Below are positions 36,315-45,379 of a stretch of 45,379 nucleotides of DNA, piece by piece. This DNA is from Catajapyx aquilonaris (Eukaryota), in contig KZ538830.1 of NCBI GenBank assembly GCA_000934665.2, forward strand, positions 1 to 45,379, written 5' to 3'. Both the position numbers and the translations under genes were made by a program. Below the pieces are notes generated by a model. That model had not been told where the DNA came from and ran no database searches. It saw only the letters and a program-made list of their open reading frames with translations. Position 1 is the stretch's first letter. Each line of letters opens with the position of its first letter.

Positions 36315-37454
36315 TGGACAAGAAAATGTTTGTTACTGAAAGATGCTGAAAGATTTACAAACACTGACGAAATGCGTTACATCTGTCACATTACATCAAG
36401 GTTATTGCTGCTTTTCACCTTAGGTTGTGCACTTCTTTACAACCGAATATGTAAAAAGGTTCTGGTTGAGTAAGTGCAGCATGTAACGGAATTGCTCAAT
36501 TAGGAGTTAATTGTACAAAGAATGCAGGGTGAATGTAAAAACTGTAGTCCCAAGGTCACGGAGGAAAGGCAGTCAACTTTGCAATTGAATATTGTGTACG
36601 GATTAATTTTTGGAGCCATACATGAATTAAGTCGACGGAACGAATTAGGGGAATAATTTAGATTAAGTATTAAGATCTATGACGTGGTACATTGTTGAAA
36701 CTTTATATTATAATATTATGAGTACTAAGTCGAATTTAACTTTTCATTGTGGTAGTGCATGTTCTTGATGATGTTTCTTGCTTCTCGCTCATGGTAGATC
36801 ATTAAATTTTCATGACTCATCGTCATGATAATAGGAAGACGATGTGACGTTGCCTATGTTACTTATATAAAAAATATGTTACCAGAAAACATCGCAATTG
36901 TGACATTTTGACCTCCAATCAATCCCAGAGAGTGCATCATACAGTAGGCTACTAGGCCTACACTCTTAACTATACTGTATAAGAAGACGAATGTACAGTA
37001 GTTTTACGCGTACTATTTCGTAGAGATGCACTTAGTACATTGCATTACAGATAATTCCTCTCAATTCTATAGTTCTTGTGCAAACTCGTGCAATAAAAAG
37101 TTCTAACTTGACTTTTGCATGATTACAATCCGATGACCTGTAAAAGTACAAAGCATACTCTATATGTCCCTTTTATCACACAACACCCTTGAGAAAGTGT
37201 TTTACAGTGACATTACATTAGTTGAGAATATTTACTATTATTCCCTTTAATTTTTAAAGTTCCGACAATCTACCACGTCATAGACCTTAATCATTGATAT
37301 TAATTTTCACAGACAGTCGCAAAAGATTCTCTAACATAAGCTTCTTGAATAATTTGTGAGACAAGTTTTAAGCCTTGATTAAAGGTGTTGATTTGGGCAG
37401 TTTTGGCTTCATTGCGGAGGTCCTCTCTTGCTAAGGATTGAATCGCAACATATT

Positions 37455-38205
37455 CTGGTGATAAAGGGCTTTTCTTGGAGGTCACGCGACCCATGGAAAG
37501 TTTGGCGGGTTGCCTGATGGGCAGAACGAGCCCTATCGCCAGCTCGCACTGCAAATGACAAATTTAAAAAGCTGTTATCTTCGTAATAAATCCAAAATCG
37601 CCTAAATAAACTTGGACAATTTCGCTTTATGAAATCGTCTCCGGAATATCAAATCCGAGAGAAAATGAATATACGTACCATTCATGCCGCACTATCAGAG
37701 CTCATGAATTACGTAAACCAGCGTCTTGTGATACTGGTGAAATACCATGCTGGGAAACAGGTTCATTTTAAATAATTGCCGTGTAATTATTATAACTATG
37801 AGAAAGTAACTTTCTCATAGTAGTTATTCTATTAATTACACTGCACTGCACAGTTTTCAAATGCAGAAAAACTCGTGTGATCGCATGTAACTAGGTGCAT
37901 CTCGAGTAAACGTGATCAGTATTACCAAACCCTGGCTTACATAACGCGTAAGTTCTGATTAGGTATGTGACGAAATGTGCACACACTTCCTCTCGGATTT
38001 CAGATTTCTGCGCGTTTCTTAAGGCGAAATAATTGTCCTATTTTATTTAGGCGATTTCGGCTTCATTGCGAAGTTAATAGCTTCGTAAGTAGTTTGGAAT
38101 CGCAATGCAGGCTGGTCTTAGGGCTCGTCTTGCGGGTCAGGCCACCCGCCAAACCTGCTAGAGGTAACTTATTGGCCTCCAAGATAATCCCTTTGCGCTC
38201 ACACT
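37455..38205. repeat. Degenerate long inverted repeat (foldback/MITE-like)
   Basis: Arms ~37455-37737 and ~37917-38205 are diverged reverse complements (e.g. aatcgcctaaataaa / tttatttaggcgatt; tttggcgggt / acccgccaaa). Perfect 12-bp hairpin 37796-37820 in the spacer. Confidence 0.75.
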
Positions 38206-38579
38206 CCTGGCTCACTTTGCTATATATTTAAAAAAAAATAACTGTTATGCCATGGCATGAAGGGACATCAATGATCATCACCTGGCAGAAATTTCTAGAG
38301 TCAACGTTTGTTCTGGATCGTGATATTAATCCTAATAATGCATCCAAAGGTCTTTCTTCTGGCTCCCAAACTCAAGGCAATAATATTTTTAATAATATTA
38401 ATATTTTAACAAAATTATCGTTCTCGAACAAGATGCTACTAAAAAAATTGGCCATCATCAACTAGTGTCTAAAAATTAATATTAAAATATCGACAGCTTT
38501 TTAGTGCCTGCTGTGGCCGTTTCCAGTGCAAAAAATTGCACATTCTCGACTTTTCTTGGAGAGAGTTCTTCACACTGAC

Positions 38580-38760
38580 TTTTTTTTCTCGTCATCGAAA
38601 AAAAGCCTTATAGAACGGTTCTGTCTGTCCGTCTGTTGACAGGTATCAGGGCCTCAACCGCAAAAGATAGCGTCAAAAGGTTATCGTATTATGATAAAGC
38701 GTGACCTAAATAGGTGTCATAGTCAACTTCCGGTGGCTGCCACTTCCGGTTTTCCGGATT
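38580..38760 (+). mobile_element. Possible Helentron/DINE-1-like (HINE) fragment
   Basis: T-run, short leader ending cttatag, then the GTCY microsatellite ctgtctgtccgtctgt typical of this group. Other end not recognised. Confidence 0.35.
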
Positions 38761-39987
38761 CACTATATCCTCACAAGTCTACTTGAAAGAACGAGATAAG
38801 ATCTTTTCTAATCACCCTCCCATTATTTGCCAATCTTGTTTCATTCCCTCAGGATTCACTTTCCTATATACTAATACTCACCGTTCACAGAGCATCCAAG
38901 AAGCTTGCCACTCGTCACGTCTTTGAAATATTGTGTCTCGATATTCTGGCTGTTTGCTTTGACATTATTTTAGCTGGATCACATGTGGAGCATGCCATCT
39001 CAGCTGGTTGGTGCGGTGGGCGAGGTATTTCAACATTTCGTTTTGTCAGGTACTGGGTACTTCGCAGGTGGAAAGTAAAACTTTTGGTTTGGCTAGCTGA
39101 GGCCTGGTTAAGTTTGGACATTTTTCACTTCCTCCTGAAAGCTCTAATGAGATCACTATAACAAACACTATAGCATAGTTCTTTCTTTATTAGCAAGTTC
39201 ATTTGCGTTACAAAATAATTAATAGGTAATGATGATATCATACTGTTACCTGTTACTGGCCGTGGCAATACAAACGTCTTAATATGTAACAAGACAGTAA
39301 AATAGGCAATGATGCTTCTCATGTTTTTCTGTAGAATATTTAATTCTAGTATTTTATTCACCTTACATCACATGTTGAGAGTTTGAGTAAGTAATGATAT
39401 ATTATTATACATACTGTATTACATCATGCTCATGTGAACTCTGAAGTTATCCAGGGCCTGGTAATAATGCCTCACCCAAACGTACACAAAACATTAAAAA
39501 AAAAATTAGTCACACTGCTGCTTCCACCAGGGAAATAAACATGGTCAATAGGTTGTTAGGTTCCCTTTGGGCAAAGTATCAGCTACAAGAATCCGTCGAT
39601 GTTTGGTGGGTCCTTTTCCACTATCCTGACGGCCGCCAACAATAATTTGTCCCTCCGCTCCACATCACTTTGGAACCCCAAAAAAAGGCCACCGCGCGAA
39701 AGGTAAACAAGAAATGGCTTCACTCTGCTACAAGGTCCAGTGCCATCTAAACTGCTCTACTGAAACTTATAAAATTCCCGATTATTTTGCCTACCATATA
39801 ACATTAATTAGTTCGATTATTAGAGAGAAAGATACCCAACCAGTGCAGTGACAGATTTGGGTTCAGTTGTGCTACAGGGGTACTGGCTGAATTTCATTGA
39901 CGCATTTATAGCTGACAAGGTGTGTTTAGATAACTTGACATATATGCAAGTTACAACATCTTTCTTAATGCGTCTTAAACACCGAAA

Positions 39988-42900
39988 TCACTTCTTTCTT
40001 GTGTGTGTTCTCTCATGATATTTCAAACCTCCCGAGTAAGCAAACATTTGACTGCAAATGTAGCAACAAAAGGGCTTCTCCCCTGTGTGAGTTCTCATGT
40101 GTTCATTCAAATTTCCTGAATGTGTAAAGTTCTTCTTGCAAACCTGGCAAGTGAATGGCTTCTCGCCTGTATGAGTTCTCATGTGTTCATTCAAACTTCC
40201 TGAATGACGAAAGGTTTTCTTGCAAACCTGGCAGGTGAATGGCTTCTCCCCTGTGTGAGTTCTCATGTGTGCATTCAAATTACATGAATGACGAAAGGTT
40301 TTCTTGCAAACCTGGCAACTGAATGGCTTCTCACCTGTGTGAGTTTTCATGTGTGAATTCAAATCTCCTGAACGAGTAAAGGGTTTCTTGCAAACCTGGC
40401 AAGTGAATGGCTTCTCGCCTGTGTGAGTTCTCATGTGTTCATTCAAACTTCCTGAATGACGAAAGGTTTTCTTGCAAACCTGGCAAGTGAATGGCTTCTC
40501 GCCTGTGTGAGTTCTCATGTGTTCATTCAAACTTCCTGAATGACGAAAGGTTTTCTTGCAAACCTGGCAGGTGAATGGCTTCTCCCCTGTGTGAGTTCTC
40601 ATGTGTGCATTCAAATTACATGAATGACGAAAGGTTTTCTTGCAAACCTGGCAACTGAATGGCTTCTCACCTGTGTGAGTTTTCATGTGTGAATTCAAAT
40701 CTCCTGAATGACCAAAGGTTTTCTTGCAAACCTGGCAAGTGAATGGCTTCTCCCCTGTGTGAGTTCTCATGCGTGAATTCAAATCTCCTGAACGAGTAAA
40801 GGGTTTCTTGCAAACCTGGCAAGTGAATGGCTTCTCGCCTGTGTGAGTTCTCATGTGTACATTCAAATTTCCTGAATGAGTAAAGGTTTTCTTGCAAACC
40901 TGGCAAGTGAATGCCTTCTCCCCTGTGTGAGTTCTCATGTGTGAATTCAAATGGTCTGACCGACGAAAGTTTTTCTTGCAAACCTGGCAGCTGAATGGCT
41001 TGTCTTTGCACGTGATTTTCTTTTGACTCTTCAACTCATTCCGGGAACTAAATGTCCCTTGACAAGCATTCTCCCGCAAGTGTCTTATTCCTTTTTCCAT
41101 GTCTGGCTGGATCCCATTCTCCGTGTTCTTTTCAGCATCTTCTCCCTGACATAGATAAATGTGAGCTTATTAAATTCATGATACTGTAGTGGCCATAACT
41201 ATTCTACTATTAATTGTTGTTTTGTTTTTTGAGCTTAACTTTTTTCAGAGTGATCCGATTGAACTGAAATTTGAACATGTTATGCCTAATTGCGTTTAAA
41301 GAGAATAATATGTAAGTTTTGAAGAATTTTGAGTTTCAGAGGGAAAATAAACAATGTTTTTGTTTATTTCTCCATACGTGTCAAAATGAACCAACATCTT
41401 CATATTCTTTCTCTTCAAGCAGCCATAAAAATCTGAAATCTCAACCAAATGCTATACAAGCTAAATCACTCACACCTGGTACTTGATCTGGTAACCCTTG
41501 GCGTCGATTACAACATGACATCTTCGAGGCATCGAGGTGACCAACTTGTCCAACAATGATTGTGGGACTATACCTTCATCCACTCTACCTCCGGTTGCTT
41601 GGACTTATCGGTGGTACTGGATGCTTCGATGCCTCGCAGATGTCAAGTTGTCATCGACGCCAAGGGTTACCAGACCAAGTACCAGATGTGAGTGATTAGA
41701 TTGTCAAATTTTGTAGCATTTGGTTGAGATTTTAGATTGTTATGACTGCTTGAAGGTTTTGTTGCAATTTGACATGTATGGAAATATATACAATAACATT
41801 GTTTAATTCCCCCCTGAAACTCAGAAATTCTTTAACACTTACTTATTTTCCTTAAACTCCATTAGGCATTAACATGTTCAAATTTCAGCTCAATCGGGTC
41901 ACTCTGGAAAAAGTTAGGCCCCCCAAAAAATTCAGGTTTAATGAAGGGAAAATGTTGGAATTAGGTTTGCATGATGTGCGATATTATGAAGTACTGGGAC
42001 AATCCACATGGGGTGGGCCACAGGTGTCCTTCATCCTCTCCGACATAATTGTATGTCATTTTGGTACAGTACATTTACGTAGTACTGATAGATAGGGCTG
42101 TGGCAACTTGCTTCGCCACCTACTGAGTAGAAACGTACTTGGGCAGATAATGTAGCCATTTTCTGATGCATGCCACGCGTTGAATTTTATTCTATTCACT
42201 GTTTCAAAAATAAAAGTCGAAGCCAAAAATCCCAATATTTGCCAATTTTGACAGCCTTAACTTTGTAATGACAATTGAAAAGATACTCAGAAGGTCTACT
42301 CTGCACACTCGAAGCAGCAAATTGGTCCGAGATATCGTTTGATGTCACCAGCTTTGCAACCTGTTAGCAGCTAGTACATTTGATAACCATGCAAAGTAAC
42401 TGTACAAAAGTCAGTGGTCTTAGGAAGCTTTTTTTCATACACATTATAGTGAAAGCCAGTTCAAACCCTTATGCTGCGAAGGTGATCTTTAAAAAAATAT
42501 GAACGTTCTCCTGCACAGTTGTTGACCGTCACATACGACAAAACCAGCACCATTGCCATTGCCATTAAAAATAAAATTCCAGAAGGTTGTTGGAACCTTT
42601 TCTGACCACTTGAAAAAATCCAGGATTCCAAATTTGATTTTCACAGCATGTATGACAGAACAGAGTGTCACGTTTGAATTTGATAAGAATACAATACAGT
42701 ATATTGAAAACAAGTGGATGCATGGGAAGATCCTTGAAGTTTGTTAAAGCTGCTGACATTTTACTTTTGGCACCAGAGTTCTCACTCCATCATATGCGAA
42801 CATGTCCATTGTCCAATCTGCTTACTAACCTGCTTTTGCCTCCCTCCCTCTCCACTTCCACCGTCTTCTCCATCCTCCCTGGCTAGACCAGTATCAGCCC

Positions 42901-43213
42901 CTTGCGTCCCTCTGCCCTCCTCCTCTTCCGCTGCACCACCAGAGTCACCTTCCTGGCTGCAGTTGCCCTCCTCCTCCTCCTCCCTTGGCTCCTCCTTGAC
43001 CTTCAGAGCCCACCTTATTCCTTCCCAACCTCGCTTGTCCATCTCCTCCTTGGTGAAGGTGATTGTGGCCCTCACCTCATGTTCCTCCTCCTCTTGCTCC
43101 ACCTTGACCCTGTCCCATTTGGAGTGGGTGGTGCTGTGTACAAACAGGTCCATCTTCCTGGTGAACACCTTGTCTGGGCAGCAGGGGCACTGGAATCTTC
43201 CCAATTTCATCAT
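39988..43213 (-). CDS. C2H2 zinc-finger protein (~513 aa): one N-terminal atypical finger, acidic linker, 12 tandem TGEKP-linked fingers
   Basis: Exon 1 43213-42830 (in-frame stop upstream of the ATG; donor cag|gttagt, phase 0). Exon 2 41145-39988 (acceptor atgtcag|, GEDAEKNTENGIQPD in frame with ORF 39988..41100). Confidence 0.88.
40078..41000 (-). repeat. 84-bp coding tandem repeat (zinc-finger minisatellite)
   Basis: Eleven near-identical 84-nt units (cttgcaaacctggca..gaatggcttctc.cctgtgtgagttctcat). Confidence 0.95.
41184..41930. mobile_element. Tc1-derived foldback element in the zinc-finger gene intron
   Basis: Arms ~41222-41543 and ~41619-41930 are inverted copies. Each encodes the Tc1 transposase C-terminus (SMPRRCQVVIDAKGYQTKY at 41626-41682, +; SMPRRCHVVIDAKGYQIKY within 41470-41535, -). 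Tc1-like end TA-ctgtagtggccataactatt at 41182. Confidence 0.85.
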
Positions 43214-43432
43214 GTTGCTCGCTGGATGGGCCTCTCTGTCCGCTGTTCACTCAACTGCTGTATTCACCTGCCTGGAACTGGAAGAGTGAATAAGACGAGT
43301 CCAGTGTGATTAACCTTCATCCACAACCCCAACCAGACCAGGCCTCGCAAATTATAATATAATGAGGAACACAGCAGAGGGTGTTCACTAGGTTTCACCT
43401 TGGTTTCACTAGCATGAGCGTGTACAAGCTGA

Positions 43433-44397
43433 TAGTCCCCGCGGTACGCCAAAAAAAAACTGCATTTTGTGATAAAAGCAAACAACTTCGCACACTTGTT
43501 CCTTAGACCCATTTGGTTGATTTGGCCCGTAGTTCCTTTCATTTCATCCCTTAGGACTCGCGAAATTGGGGGTGGGGTGGCAGGGGGTGAACTTTTCCAA
43601 AAAAAATGTGCAAAATTGTTAAGAAATGGCAGATGCGTTATCTTGGTGTCCATTTCGCATGAATCAGACCCGCTGAATACGATGACGCTGTTTAAAATTC
43701 CATCCGAGCAACGGAAGTGACGTCATATAGGTCATTTTAAAAAGAGGCGGGCAAAAATGACCAATGCGTTCGAAGTGACCCATACCGATGTGTATGGTGT
43801 CGTTTTCGACGTTTTTGAGGTCACTGAGTCAACCTGAGAATGCTATATCACGATGGAAGGCATGCCAAATGGTCTACGCCGCCCTTTGGTGGGTGATGGC
43901 GGGACGATTAGTGCCCGTGGTACGATGAAAATATCAGCAGGAAACTGCATTATGTGTAAGAAGCAAACCACTTTGCACACTTGTTCCTGAGACCCACTTG
44001 GTTGATTTGGCCCGTAGTTCCTTTCATTCCATCCCTTAGGACCCGCAAAATTGGGGGTGGGGTGGGAGGGGGAAGAATTTTCCGCCCAAAAAATGTGCAA
44101 AATTATTAAAAAATCGCTCATGCGTGATCTTGGTGTCGATTTCGCATGAATCAGACCCGCTGAATACGATGACGCTGTTTAAAATGCCATCCGAGCAACG
44201 GAAGTGACGTCATATAGGTCATTTTTTAAAATGTCGGCCAAAAAGGACCAATGCTTCGAAGTGACCCATACCAATGTGTAGGGTATCGTTTTCTATGTTT
44301 TTGAGGTCGCTAAGTCACCCTGAGAATGCTATAATACGATAGAGGGCATGCCAAATTGTCTACGCCGCCCTTCGGTGGGTGATGGCGGGACGATTAG
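43433..44397. repeat. Diverged head-to-tail direct repeat (~480 bp x2), probably duplicated transposon terminus
   Basis: Units 43433-43908 and 43909-44394 both start TAGT(c/g)CC.G.GGTACG and end ggtgggtgatggcgggacgat. Long identical internal blocks, e.g. atttcgcatgaatcagacccgctgaatacgatgacgctgtttaaaat. Confidence 0.9.
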
Positions 44398-45379
44398 AAC
44401 GTGACGACCCGCAAATCCTGTCAAAGTTTTGTTGTGTTATACACTGAGGTCATTACTGAAGAAAGGGTACTGCACTGCAGTTGACAGAATGGCCTGTAGG
44501 TTTCTTAATCGTCTTGGTCCTCCAAATTATGCCCATTCAGTTGATGTGATGCTCCACTTGCAGCATCCTCCGTCGCGCGCCTGCGGCTGGAAGAGAAATA
44601 TGAGTTTCAAAGGCAATGCAGTATTGGTCAGTCCTGGCATTTGCATTAGGAAAAAGTTGCAAATTACCTTTCTTTACTGCATTCACCCTTGCAATTCCTG
44701 CAGGCCAGAATGCAAGGTAGCAGGTATGATACCTGCGGCAGCAGCAGCGCAGAGTTTCCTATCCTGTGGTACAGGCGCACTTGTCCAGTGTGATCCATAA
44801 GCGGCCCATACATCAGGTTGCAAACTCCAGACTGGTATCCAAGCGTCTTTGTCTTTCTTCCACCCCCAAAGATCTGGGGAGGTAGGGTGTTCAGACTGAA
44901 TGTCAATGGCTCTGGCCCAGATACGATATGTCCAGCCTGATACGCAGCTCTCTTCAGGTGCTGGACTATATAGTGCTGCTCGTCGTGTCAGTGGTAAAGC
45001 ACCTACGTGCTTACTCTGAGAGGCAAACAATTCATTTCTTCCGTGCGTCGTTCATGCCACTGTAGCCACCCTCGTAAGCATTGTATACAAGACAGTGTAC
45101 AACGTAACAGCTCTATGCGTGTAACCAGCTCCTCATCAGGCTCTTCGTCCAGTGGGTATGACAGCCTTTTAAATACTTCTGTCATGGCGTTGTCACGCCA
45201 TGCAGCCGAAGCCGATCACAACATCGAACAGCTTCTTGGAGAAGAAAAACCAGTCGCACTTAGGGGATTCCACGCCTTCACATAGGTGCTTTACCACTGA
45301 CACGACGAGCAGCACTATATAGTCCAGCACCTGAAGAGAGCTGCGTATCAGGCTGGACATATCGTATCTGGGCCAGAGC
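43433..45379 (-). mobile_element. Academ-like (XPG/PIN nuclease + Cys-rich tail) DNA transposon remnant, decayed and rearranged
   Basis: Frameshifted minus-strand peptides LP.T..A..QHLKRAAYQAGHI.WARA...PTSPDLWGW....W.PVW and a CKGEC..CKC cluster (44600-45185). Plus-strand LGEEKPVALRGFHAFT (XPG-like H3TH lead-in) at ~45235-45282. TAG-starting termini. Family assignment is from motif recall. Confidence 0.65.

Noticed and set aside
40078..41000. Regular repeat considered as a CRISPR array
   Set aside because: 84-nt coding zinc-finger units with no unique spacers, in a eukaryotic context with no cas genes.
40667..41011. Repetitive 114-aa alternative-frame ORF (THENSHR...)
   Set aside because: Well-known shadow frame of C2H2 arrays.
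39988..43213. Calling the zinc-finger gene PRDM9
   Set aside because: No PR/SET, KRAB or SSXRD domain, and an in-frame stop lies upstream of the ATG at 43213.
42741..43309. Plus-strand ORFs of 182 and 135 aa
   Set aside because: Antisense shadows of the Glu-rich zinc-finger exon 1.
43433..44397. Tandem Helitron (rolling-circle) reading of the direct repeat
   Set aside because: No TC...CTRR ends, and unit 2 continues directly into the 3' end of the Academ-like ORF, which favours a TIR-element terminus; not fully excluded.

Overview
Eukaryotic, AT-rich, intron-containing genomic DNA, most likely from an arthropod (judged from the PMCA tail peptides; the species cannot be determined). (1) 1-~26.8 kb, + strand: the 3' end of a plasma-membrane Ca2+-ATPase (PMCA/ATP2B) gene. 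The exon carrying the first half of the calmodulin-binding domain (1673-1802) can splice to either of two alternative terminal exons (4763-5452, ending ETSI; 20468-20689, ending ETAV), with a 69-nt cassette (7804-7872). I also see further unannotated in-frame exon candidates (a 15-nt microexon, 33 nt, 162 nt) and a long putative 3' UTR. (2) 27.8-36.2 kb, - strand: a tandem cluster of three intact 9-exon ELOVL1/7-like fatty-acid elongases, two pseudogene remnants, patchy gene conversion and a piggyBac-type insertion whose empty site survives in a paralog. (3) 40.0-43.2 kb, - strand: a 2-coding-exon C2H2 zinc-finger gene (~513 aa) with a minisatellite-like 12-finger array. (4) Several DNA-transposon remnants (Harbinger-type end, Tc1 foldback, Academ-like element with an internal perfect palindrome). 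There is a 192-N assembly gap at 6404-6595. Exon structures were read by hand from splice signals and reading frame; no searches were run. I found no prokaryotic-type system.
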